Positions 21,385-30,000 of a DNA stretch of 64,000 nucleotides are shown here, piece after piece; positions within the stretch are counted from its first letter, which is position 1, and every line of letters starts with the position of its first letter. The DNA is from Pelagibacterales bacterium SAG-MED37 (GTDB lineage: Bacteria > Pseudomonadota > Alphaproteobacteria > Pelagibacterales > Pelagibacteraceae). The translations under genes were made by a program, and so were the position numbers. The notes under the pieces were generated by a model. The model was not told where the DNA came from. It made no database searches and worked only from the letters and a program-made list of their open reading frames with translations. The DNA is taken from the NCBI GenBank assembly GCA_014653605.1, contig JACWEG010000003.1, positions 47,103 through 111,102 of the forward strand, in the 5' to 3' direction.

Positions 21385-22349
21385 TAGTCTAAATAATCTT
21401 TATAAGTCTTTAAATTATTGTGTATTACGAGTTTTTGATAATATTCTCTTGGATCCTTTATTTTAATGAGTGCTGATTTAGGTGTATTTGAATAGTCAAA
21501 AAGTCTAGTTAGAAAATACCTCATTGCTGCACCACGACATAAAACATTTAATGATTTTTTTTCTTTAATTGAAACTTTTTTTACACTTTCATACCCTTTA
21601 ATTAAATTTTTTACCTTTTTTTTATTTAAGAAAAATTTAGATGCTCTTTTGTCAAAACATAAAGCATTAACACAAATGGCAATTTCATACATAAAATAGT
21701 CATTTGCAGCAAAGTAAAAATCAATTATTCCTGACAATTTATCTTTTTTAAAAAAAATATTATCTATAAATAAATCTCCATGAATTATCCCACTAGGTAA
21801 TTTTTTTGGCCATTTCATTTTTATATCTTTAAAATTTATCTTTAGAAATTTTTCAATATTAGTAAATTTTTTTGATTTAAATTTAATACTGCTAAGTAAC
21901 GGATTTAGATATTTAATACCCATAGAGTTTTTCCTGGAAAGATTTATTCTTTTTGTTGATAAATGCATTCCAGCAATCATTTTTCCTATTTCGTGACAAT
22001 TTTTTAAATTAAGTAACTTTTTATCTTTTCCCTCTAAAAAGGAAACAATACAAGCTGACTTTTTTCTTATTCTGACTAGGTAGTTTCCATTTTTATTTTT
22101 TTGAGGTTTCGGGCAATTTATTTTTGAATTATTTAATTGATCCATTAATTTCATGAAAAAAGGTATTTCATTTTGAGAGACTCTTTTTTCAAAGATTGTA
22201 AGTATAAATTTTTTATTTTTTGATCTTAATAAATAGTTAGTATTTTCAATCCCTTGTTTAATACCTTTAAAACTTATAATTTTTTCTATCTCAAATTTTT
22301 TATTGATATAAGAAATATCTTTTTTATTTATTTTTGTATAAACAGCCAT
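21384..22349 (-). CDS. thrB: Homoserine kinase, type II
   Basis: MAVYT, GIENTNY, IHGDLFIDNIFF, IDFYF, KDPREY. Confidence 0.95.
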   Translation of the reverse strand: MAVYTKINKKDISYINKKFEIEKIISFKGIKQGIENTNYLLRSKNKKFILTIFEKRVSQNEIPFFMKLMDQLNNSKINCPKPQKNKNGNYLVRIRKKSACIVSFLEGKDKKLLNLKNCHEIGKMIAGMHLSTKRINLSRKNSMGIKYLNPLLSSIKFKSKKFTNIEKFLKINFKDIKMKWPKKLPSGIIHGDLFIDNIFFKKDKLSGIIDFYFAANDYFMYEIAICVNALCFDKRASKFFLNKKKVKNLIKGYESVKKVSIKEKKSLNVLCRGAAMRYFLTRLFDYSNTPKSALIKIKDPREYYQKLVIHNNLKTYKDYLD

Positions 22350-22350
22350 T

Positions 22351-23295
22351 TTAATTTAATTTTTTTGGAGCTTTGAAAACAACGTTTTCTTTAATGATTT
22401 CTACTTCATCTATACTGACTGTAAATCTATTTTTTAACTCATTTATAAAATTATCAACTAGAATCTCAGGAGCAGAAGCTCCAGAAGAAACACCAATCGT
22501 ATTTGCGTTTTTGATTAAATCAAATGGGATTTCACTTTGTGAATGAATTAATATCGATTTAGAGCAACCAGATTTTTTAGCTACCTCCACTAATCTAACT
22601 GAATTAGATGAATTTCTACTACCTATTACAAAAAATAAGTCACATTTTTTTGCAATATTTTTAACTGCCATCTGCCTGTTTGTAGTCGCATAACAAATAT
22701 CCTCTTTCAAAGGTTCCTTTATATCAGGAAATCTATTTTTCAATATCTGGATTATATCTTTTGTATCATCAACTGATAAAGTTGTTTGTGTAACATAAGA
22801 AATTTTTTTGTTATGTTGAATTTTATATTTTTTGGCTTCATCTTCGTTTTGAATAAGATCTATAGATCCTCTAGGTAACTGCCCCATAGTACCAATTACT
22901 TCAGGGTGATTTTGATGTCCTATTAAAATTAAATGATATCCAGCTTTATTTAGATTTTCAGCTTCTCTGTGTACTTTTGATACTAATGGGCATGTAGCAT
23001 CAACATAAGTCATATTGTAGTTTTTAGCGTCCTCTGGTATTTTTTTTGGGACACCGTGTGCTGAAAAAATAACTGGTCTAGTTCTATCTTTTATTTCCTC
23101 CAGTTCTTCTACAAAGATAGCTCCTTTACTTTTTAAATCATCTACAACATATTTATTGTGCACTATTTCATGACGAACATATACTGGAGTGCCATATTTC
23201 TGAATTGATTTTTCAACAATCTCTATAGCTCTTTCTACACCAGCACAAAAACCTCTAGGAGCTGACAATAATATTTTCAATTCTTTATTTTTCAT
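22351..23295 (-). CDS. ispH: 4-hydroxy-3-methylbut-2-enyl diphosphate reductase
   Basis: PRGFCAGV, DATCPLV, ICYATTNRQ, SSNS. Confidence 0.98.
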   Translation of the reverse strand: MKNKELKILLSAPRGFCAGVERAIEIVEKSIQKYGTPVYVRHEIVHNKYVVDDLKSKGAIFVEELEEIKDRTRPVIFSAHGVPKKIPEDAKNYNMTYVDATCPLVSKVHREAENLNKAGYHLILIGHQNHPEVIGTMGQLPRGSIDLIQNEDEAKKYKIQHNKKISYVTQTTLSVDDTKDIIQILKNRFPDIKEPLKEDICYATTNRQMAVKNIAKKCDLFFVIGSRNSSNSVRLVEVAKKSGCSKSILIHSQSEIPFDLIKNANTIGVSSGASAPEILVDNFINELKNRFTVSIDEVEIIKENVVFKAPKKLN

Positions 23296-24220
23296 TTTTT
23301 TCTATTAAATACTCGAGCAATATATGTGGAAAGGTTAAAGACGCCAAACCTATAAATATAACTTTTAGAATTGAACCATCAATATTGTATGAATTATTTA
23401 ATAAATAAAGCCCAAGTAAGCAAAAGGTAGCAGTAAGAATGGTTAATGGCAGAGCTTTTTTTACAAAAATTTTTAGCCCATTCTTTAAATCGTTCTTATC
23501 TAACTCATACATCAAAGTAATACCATGTCTCGTAGAATGTAAAAAACAAAAATAAATTGTAAACGCCATCAGAGGTGAAAAATAGTAATTTATAATTAAA
23601 ATTGAAAAATAATCTAAAAAAATAGTAAACTTCTTTAATTCAAATTCTTTGGTAAATAATAATATACTAGATAATGTACTTAAAATAATACTAAAAAGTA
23701 TAAGGTTATTCATTTCAATAAAATTAAGAGTCCTATAAAAAAACTCGTTATCAATAAGTAATAATTTGAATATAGATATTGTTTCTTCAAAATGAAAAAA
23801 CATAGGTGCTAAAATTACCAGCAAACCTTTCAAGAAAAATAATAATTGGTTATAATATGAATTTTCAGCTATTAAAAACTGAGTATCTTCTTTGCCAAAG
23901 TGAAATGAAGCAACTATTAGAAAAATTGTTAATGAAACTGACGGCATGATTGTCCATAAGACAATTACAGTTGAAGCAATAAAAATATATATCAAATAAA
24001 AAATATATATATTTTTTATTTTAAAAATTTTCAGAAGCTTTTTTCCTTTTATATGATCAAGTGAGCCATGAGAAACTCCAATACTTAAAATTAAAAGTAA
24101 ACAGAATAATGGTGAAAATACTAAATTCTCAAATTTTAAGATTGTTAAAGAAAAAATATTACAAAATAAAAAAAAAATGAAAGAATGATTAAAATTTATT
24201 TTTTTTAATTGGTTTCTCAT
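23285..24220 (-). CDS. blh: Beta-carotene 15,15'-dioxygenase (Brp/Blh)
   Basis: Multi-TM; His motifs GVSHGSLD, FHFG, HSTRH, LTFPH; follows crtY. Confidence 0.93.
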   Translation of the reverse strand: MRNQLKKINFNHSFIFFLFCNIFSLTILKFENLVFSPLFCLLLILSIGVSHGSLDHIKGKKLLKIFKIKNIYIFYLIYIFIASTVIVLWTIMPSVSLTIFLIVASFHFGKEDTQFLIAENSYYNQLLFFLKGLLVILAPMFFHFEETISIFKLLLIDNEFFYRTLNFIEMNNLILFSIILSTLSSILLFTKEFELKKFTIFLDYFSILIINYYFSPLMAFTIYFCFLHSTRHGITLMYELDKNDLKNGLKIFVKKALPLTILTATFCLLGLYLLNNSYNIDGSILKVIFIGLASLTFPHILLEYLIEKNEK

Positions 24221-24232
24221 TTTTAAATTAAA

Positions 24233-25300
24233 TTAATAAAATAAAGCCTTAATAAAAATCAATTTTGGCATTCTAAAAATAATAGATAAATCCTCAAAAA
24301 AATTACTTTTATTAGACAAAAATTTTATAACAGTCTTTGGAGAGGCCTTAAACATTTTAAAAAATATTTCAGGCATTTTTTCTGGGTGTTTTTCAAGAAC
24401 TCTAAGAAATATGTCATCTAAAAATTGATACTTATTACCAATTTTATATTTTTTAGCATGAGCAATATTCTCGATATTCTCTCTTATATATCTACTGTGT
24501 TCTTGAATATTTAGAAAAGTGTAACCCGTACTTAATCTCGTCATACCTCCAGCAGTTCCAATATTTATTTTATTTCTAACTTTTTCGTTTGTAGGGTAGA
24601 AAAGAGGTATTGCACCTTCTTCTCTATAAACTATTTTGTAATCTTTTAAATTTAGGTGATTTTCAATATAATCTTTAATTTGTGTGTCGTAATCTCTTTG
24701 AGAGTCATCATTCATTTTCGATAACCATGTAGTTTCAATTAAAGCCGTAGTCTTTGAATAGGGTAGAGTGTAAAAAAAATGCACACTTTCTCTTTGATCA
24801 CAATCAAAATCCATAAGATTAAAAATTTCATCGTCAAAAAAATTATTTTTAGTTTCAACTTCTACACCACAAAAATGCTGCCATAGGTTACGATGATCTT
24901 TTTTAATTGATGGAACACTATTAAAAACAAAAGAATTTTTTGAATTAATTTCGCTTATATCTTTAAAGAAAGAAATATTATTATTTTCTTTTAATTTTCT
25001 GTTAATTTTTTCATAGAACAACCCACTATCAACACTTTGGTATGGATAAATGTTACATTCTAAATGACTAGTTTTTTTTGGTATATTAATAGAAAAATTT
25101 TCCCAATTTTTTTTAACACAATCATCAAAATTATGTGCTGCTACTTTCCAAAAAGACCAAGTTTTGTCTTTTTTATATTCTGCTCTTGGCTCAATAATAG
25201 CTAAAGTTTTATTTTCTAATTTTTCATTGATCTCAAGTTCATACGCAAGTGATAATCCTGCACAACCACCACCAACAATAATATAATCAAATTCTTTCAT
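24233..25300 (-). CDS. crtY: Lycopene beta-cyclase
   Basis: GGGCAGLSLA, DKTWSFW, LMDF, FFYTLP, GTAGG...STGY. Confidence 0.92.
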   Translation of the reverse strand: MKEFDYIIVGGGCAGLSLAYELEINEKLENKTLAIIEPRAEYKKDKTWSFWKVAAHNFDDCVKKNWENFSINIPKKTSHLECNIYPYQSVDSGLFYEKINRKLKENNNISFFKDISEINSKNSFVFNSVPSIKKDHRNLWQHFCGVEVETKNNFFDDEIFNLMDFDCDQRESVHFFYTLPYSKTTALIETTWLSKMNDDSQRDYDTQIKDYIENHLNLKDYKIVYREEGAIPLFYPTNEKVRNKINIGTAGGMTRLSTGYTFLNIQEHSRYIRENIENIAHAKKYKIGNKYQFLDDIFLRVLEKHPEKMPEIFFKMFKASPKTVIKFLSNKSNFFEDLSIIFRMPKLIFIKALFY

Positions 25301-26138
25301 TTAAATTTATTTCCTCATTTATCAAATTATGATCATGTTGTATTTCATTATCTAATTTATGACTGAACGATAGTCTAATTAAGTCAAAAATTGATAGAAA
25401 AGTCTCTAAGACTTTTTCAACATTTGATACATATATCTTTCCTGAATTTAGATAATTTTCTAAATTTTTTTTATTTTTTATCTTATGTCCTATTTTTCTA
25501 TAAACTCTTCTAGCTACCAAAATAGAAAAACGTAAACTAATAGGTATATCCTTAATTGAATAAAATGAATTTTCATAAAAAGTATCAGCAAGATTGATAG
25601 TTGATAAAATTTCTTCAAAACTTTTATTTATGTAAAAACGATTATTTTTAGAATCTTCAATTACATCTCTTGATATATTAGTAAGTTGCATCGCAATTCC
25701 TAGATCAATTGCCGACTTGAGTGAACTTTTTTTATTAACTTTTAAAATTTTTGCCATCATCAATCCAACAGTTCCAGCTACCCGGTATGAGTAAACTAAC
25801 AGATCTTTCTTTGTATCTAATTTTACCTTATTTTTAATGTCTGATTTTATTCCCGTCAGCAAATCTTGAACAATTTGCAAGGATATATTGAATTCCTCAA
25901 TAAGATCCCACATATTTTTGATAATAGGATCATCAAAGTTTTTTTGATTAAAATTATTTTCAAAATAATTAAATTTTTTTTCTTTATTTTCTATTTTTTC
26001 ATTATCATCTGCAATGTTATCTGCGACTCTACAAAAATCGTATAAAACAGAGCATTTTTCAAACGTTTTTTTGGGCAAAAAAAAACCAGCCCAACTGAAT
26101 GATTTAGCGTAGACAGATAAGTAACTTTTATTAGACAT
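25287..26138 (-). CDS. crtB: Phytoene synthase
   Basis: YDFCRVADNIAD, YRVAGTVG, LGIAMQLTNISRDVIED. Confidence 0.95.
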   Translation of the reverse strand: MSNKSYLSVYAKSFSWAGFFLPKKTFEKCSVLYDFCRVADNIADDNEKIENKEKKFNYFENNFNQKNFDDPIIKNMWDLIEEFNISLQIVQDLLTGIKSDIKNKVKLDTKKDLLVYSYRVAGTVGLMMAKILKVNKKSSLKSAIDLGIAMQLTNISRDVIEDSKNNRFYINKSFEEILSTINLADTFYENSFYSIKDIPISLRFSILVARRVYRKIGHKIKNKKNLENYLNSGKIYVSNVEKVLETFLSIFDLIRLSFSHKLDNEIQHDHNLINEEINLNERI

Positions 26139-27598
26139 TATAAAATTTTATCTAATACTTTCGCTGAAGAAAGTACCCCAGGCACACCAGCCCCTGGATG
26201 AGTACCTGCTCCTACAAAATAAAGTCCATCATATATCTCTGACTTATTATGAAATCTAAAATAAGCTGATTGAGAAAATTTTGGCTGGATTGAAAAACCA
26301 GAACCGTATTTTGTATTTAAATCTTTTTCAAAGTAATCAGGTGTTAAATAAAAATCTTCAATAATATTTTTTTTCAGATTTGGCATTAAATCCTTTTCCA
26401 TTTTATCAATTACCAAATCTTTCATTTTCTCTCCTTCAATAGACCAATCAATTTTTGATTGGTTATTTGGAACTGGAACTAGAACATAAAAACAATCTTG
26501 CCCTTCTGGAGCCATAGATTTATCAGTAGCAGATGGTCTATGAAGATAGTAACTAATATCATTATTTAATTTTTTATTATTAAATATGTCATCAAGATGT
26601 TCTTTGTATTTATTTCCAAACTTAATAGTATGGTGTTCTACATTTTCATACTTTTTTTTTGTACCAAAATAATAAACAAATAAACCCATTGAATATTCCA
26701 TTCTATTTTTTTTCCACTTAAACATAAGTGAATTATTAGAATTTCCATTTAACATTTTTTCATAAACAGCAGGCGGATCTGCGTTACAAATAACATTATT
26801 AGTTTCAATATGAGTTTGATCATCTAATTGAATACCAGTTATTTTATTATCATTAGAAATAATTTTTTTAACTTCACGACCTTTAATTATTTCTATACCA
26901 ACTTCATTCATCAACTTTTCAAAACCCTTTATAATATTTCCTGTTCCACCCATAGAATAATGAATGCCCCATTTTTTTTCTAAATATAAGATAAGTCCGT
27001 AGATAGAGGTTGTAGTAAAAGGATTTCCTCCAACTAAAAGTGGATGCATACTTAACATTCTTCTTAATTTTTCATTTTTTATATAAGACGAAACCAATGA
27101 ATAAACTGACTTATAACTTTTAAGTTTCAATAGAGCTGGTAGTTGTTGCATCATGACTAAAGGTTTGTCAAATGGAACATCGGCTAGTTCTGTAAACCCT
27201 TTGTCAAAAATTTTTTTTGTAAAGTTAACTAATTTTTCATAACCTATAACATCATCTTTACTCATTTCTGCGATTTGACTTTTCATCTCGATTTCATTAC
27301 CTGAATAGTTAAATTTAGAATTATCCTCAAAAACAAATTGATACCAAACCTTGAGTGGAGATAATTTAATATAATTTTTTGGATCTTTTTTAAATAATTC
27401 AAATAATTCATTTATAAGGTATGGTGCTGTAATAACTGTTGGGCCACCATCAAAGGTAAATCCATTTTTTTTAAATACCCTTGCTCTGCCTCCAAGGTCA
27501 GGATGTTTTTCAATTAAAGTAACGTTGTGGCCTTTAGCTTTTAGACGAAGTGCAGCAGCTATGCCTCCAAACCCAGAGCCTATTACAACAGAATTCAT
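26138..27598 (-). CDS. crtI: Phytoene desaturase
   Basis: GSGFGG, FDGGPTVIT, GAGTHPGAGVPGVL. Confidence 0.97.
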   Translation of the reverse strand: MNSVVIGSGFGGIAAALRLKAKGHNVTLIEKHPDLGGRARVFKKNGFTFDGGPTVITAPYLINELFELFKKDPKNYIKLSPLKVWYQFVFEDNSKFNYSGNEIEMKSQIAEMSKDDVIGYEKLVNFTKKIFDKGFTELADVPFDKPLVMMQQLPALLKLKSYKSVYSLVSSYIKNEKLRRMLSMHPLLVGGNPFTTTSIYGLILYLEKKWGIHYSMGGTGNIIKGFEKLMNEVGIEIIKGREVKKIISNDNKITGIQLDDQTHIETNNVICNADPPAVYEKMLNGNSNNSLMFKWKKNRMEYSMGLFVYYFGTKKKYENVEHHTIKFGNKYKEHLDDIFNNKKLNNDISYYLHRPSATDKSMAPEGQDCFYVLVPVPNNQSKIDWSIEGEKMKDLVIDKMEKDLMPNLKKNIIEDFYLTPDYFEKDLNTKYGSGFSIQPKFSQSAYFRFHNKSEIYDGLYFVGAGTHPGAGVPGVLSSAKVLDKIL

Positions 27599-27637
27599 TG
27601 TTATAATTTATAGTTTTTTTAAAGAATTGTAAGGTTA

Positions 27638-28135
27638 TTATGAATTAATTTTTTTTAACTCTTCTTTAGTTTCATCTAAATTTTTTTGGAATAGCGCATC
27701 AAGTTTAGACTTATCAACAGAAGTAGTGATAATTTTTTTAACAGAATCCACAGCAATTTTAATTGAAGTATCCTTAATTTCTTTAATAGCTGCTTCTTTC
27801 ATTTGACTTATTTTATTTTCAGCAAGATTTTTTTTGATTTCAGAAGTTTTATGGAACTTATCATTAAGCTCAATTACCATTTTATCGCTGTCTTTTTTAG
27901 CTCGTTCTAAAATTTCATCACTCACAATTTGAGCAGTATCTAATTTTTTTTGAGCTTTATCTAATAGTGTTTTAGCTTCAGTTCTTAATTTTTCACTTTC
28001 ATTAATTTCATTTTTTATATCAGATATTAATTTATTCAGAATTTCGTTTACTTTTTGAGGGACCTTTAAATATACAAGTGCTCCAAAAAAAATAACAAAA
28101 GAAACTGCTACCCAAAAAGTAGAATCAATTACCAT
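27638..28135 (-). CDS. atpF: ATP synthase F0 subunit b
   Basis: Start at MVIDSTFWVAVSF (28135); N-terminal TM plus coiled coil. Confidence 0.92.
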   Translation of the reverse strand: MVIDSTFWVAVSFVIFFGALVYLKVPQKVNEILNKLISDIKNEINESEKLRTEAKTLLDKAQKKLDTAQIVSDEILERAKKDSDKMVIELNDKFHKTSEIKKNLAENKISQMKEAAIKEIKDTSIKIAVDSVKKIITTSVDKSKLDALFQKNLDETKEELKKINS

Positions 28136-28715
28136 AATACTTATCTCCATTTTTTTTTGATAAATCATCTACTATTGCAGAAATACTACTATTATTTATC
28201 TCAGCTCCGATCAGTTTTTTCACTAACTCTGAAGACGTTTCTATTGCAATTTTGTTAATTTTTTCTGGAGCACTTTTCTTGACCACTTCGATTTCTTTCT
28301 CTGCTTTTTTAATTTCCTCGTTAATTTGATTTTCTAAAGTTTCTTTTTTATTATTTATATCTTTAATTACTTTTTCTCTTGAGTCTTTAAAAATATTTTT
28401 TGCCTCTAACTTACTTTTAAAAATAATATCATCGTACTCTTTAAGTTTAGACTCGCTATCTTTTCTTTGTTTTTCTGCGGCCTGAATATTATCTTGTATT
28501 TGAGATTTTCTTAACTCTAGATTAGAACTTATTTTAGGCAATATAAGTTTTGATAAAACTATATAAAGAATTCCAAAAGTTAGTGTAAGCCAGAATATTT
28601 GTGAAATCCAAAATTCAGGGTTTAATTGAGGCATACCTCCACTTTCAGCAGCAAAAACTTCTTTTAAAAAAAAGAAATTAAAAAAAATCGACTGAAAAAA
28701 AATTTTTTTAATCAT
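28125..28715 (-). CDS. atpF2: ATP synthase F0 subunit b'
   Basis: GGMPQLN..SQIFWL pattern of alphaproteobacterial b'. Confidence 0.92.
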   Translation of the reverse strand: MIKKIFFQSIFFNFFFLKEVFAAESGGMPQLNPEFWISQIFWLTLTFGILYIVLSKLILPKISSNLELRKSQIQDNIQAAEKQRKDSESKLKEYDDIIFKSKLEAKNIFKDSREKVIKDINNKKETLENQINEEIKKAEKEIEVVKKSAPEKINKIAIETSSELVKKLIGAEINNSSISAIVDDLSKKNGDKYYGN

Positions 28716-28720
28716 TAAAT

Positions 28721-28948
28721 TTAAAACGCAAATAGAATGATTAACGCTACTACCAATCCAAATAATCCTGTTGCTTCTGCTAAAGCAAAACCTAAAAGCA
28801 AATTAGGAAATTGTTTTTGTGCTGCAGATGGATTTCTCATCGCTCCAGACAAATAATTTCCAAAAATTATTCCAATTCCTACTCCGGCACCGGCTAAAGC
28901 TATTGCTGCTAAACCTGCTCCGATCATTTTTGCTGCTTCTAATTCCAT
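28721..28948 (-). CDS. atpE: ATP synthase F0 subunit c
   Basis: GAGVGIG, RNP, ALAE; GGAGG SD upstream. Confidence 0.98.
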   Translation of the reverse strand: MELEAAKMIGAGLAAIALAGAGVGIGIIFGNYLSGAMRNPSAAQKQFPNLLLGFALAEATGLFGLVVALIILFAF

Positions 28949-28966
28949 TATATCCTCCTATGTTGT

Positions 28967-29701
28967 TTAATGGTGTAAGTTTAATGCATCATTTAAATAG
29001 ATGCAGGTTAAGATTGCAAAAACATATGCTTGAAGAAAAGCAACTAAGATCTCCAAACCTGTTAAAGCAACCGAAAAACTCAGTGGAAGCCATCCACCGA
29101 CAATTCCGAGGCTTATTACAAAGCCTCCGAAAACTTTCATCATAGTATGTCCAGCCATCATATTTGCAAACAGTCTTACAGATAAACTAATTGGTCTACT
29201 TAAATATGATATAATTTCTATAACTACTATTAAAGGGAGTAGTATAACTGGTACTCCACTTGGAACAAACAATTTTAGGTAACCAAAGCCATGCTTTATA
29301 AATCCAATTACTGTTACCCCAATAAAAATAAATGAAGCTAGCACAAAAGTCACTATTATATGGCTTGTAACAGTGAAAGTGTATGGGATCATCCCAAACA
29401 TATTGCAGAAAAGTACAAACATAAATAATGAAAAAATAAATGAAAAATATGGTTTTGCTTTTGAACCCGCGGTGTCACTGATCATTTTAGAAACAAAAGA
29501 GTAGCTAAGTTCAGCCAACAGCTGAATTTTATTTGGCAATATCGAATTTTTTTTTGAACCCAAATTAAAAATAATCAAAATTGCTAGAGAGCTAATAACC
29601 ATAAATAAACTTGCATTTGTAAAAGAAATGTCAAATGTACCTATTTTAATTTCTGGACCAATTCTATAAACTTCGAATTGTGTCATCGGATTTGCTGCCA
29701 T
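28967..29701 (-). CDS. atpB: ATP synthase F0 subunit a
   Basis: SLSVRLFANMMAGH, LQAYVF. Confidence 0.98.
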   Translation of the reverse strand: MAANPMTQFEVYRIGPEIKIGTFDISFTNASLFMVISSLAILIIFNLGSKKNSILPNKIQLLAELSYSFVSKMISDTAGSKAKPYFSFIFSLFMFVLFCNMFGMIPYTFTVTSHIIVTFVLASFIFIGVTVIGFIKHGFGYLKLFVPSGVPVILLPLIVVIEIISYLSRPISLSVRLFANMMAGHTMMKVFGGFVISLGIVGGWLPLSFSVALTGLEILVAFLQAYVFAILTCIYLNDALNLHH

Positions 29702-29711
29702 AAGTTTGTAT

Positions 29712-29987
29712 CTATTTTTGCATATTTTTAGCAGATTTAATTACATTTGTTATTCCAGCAATCACACCTACAAAAAAAAATATTAAAATTAACCAGGGTT
29801 TAGTACCAAAGGTCTTGTCTAAAATAAACCCAATAATTGTCCCTACTGCTACTGCTGACACCAATTCAGTACTCAGCTTAAAAGCAGTGCCAATTGAGGA
29901 CGGATTATGCTTCTTCTCCTCTAAATTTCTCTTAGAAACCTTCTTTTTTGCAATCTCTAAGCGAGTTTTAAACGGATCTTTAGACAT
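29712..29987 (-). CDS. atpI: ATP synthase protein I (AtpZ/AtpI family)
   Basis: ELVSAV.VG..IG..LD..FGTKPW; first gene of the F0 operon. Confidence 0.92.
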   Translation of the reverse strand: MSKDPFKTRLEIAKKKVSKRNLEEKKHNPSSIGTAFKLSTELVSAVAVGTIIGFILDKTFGTKPWLILIFFFVGVIAGITNVIKSAKNMQK

Positions 29988-30000
29988 TTTGTTTATTTAT

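Noticed and set aside
28819-29145. 108-aa plus-strand ORF over atpE/atpB, and the other short antisense ORFs in the track (e.g. 3995, 8100, 11068, 11499, 15491, 16082, 20200, 21011, 32057, 37804, 49170, 53318, 61830)
   Set aside because: All lie antisense to well-supported conserved genes and show no recognisable motifs
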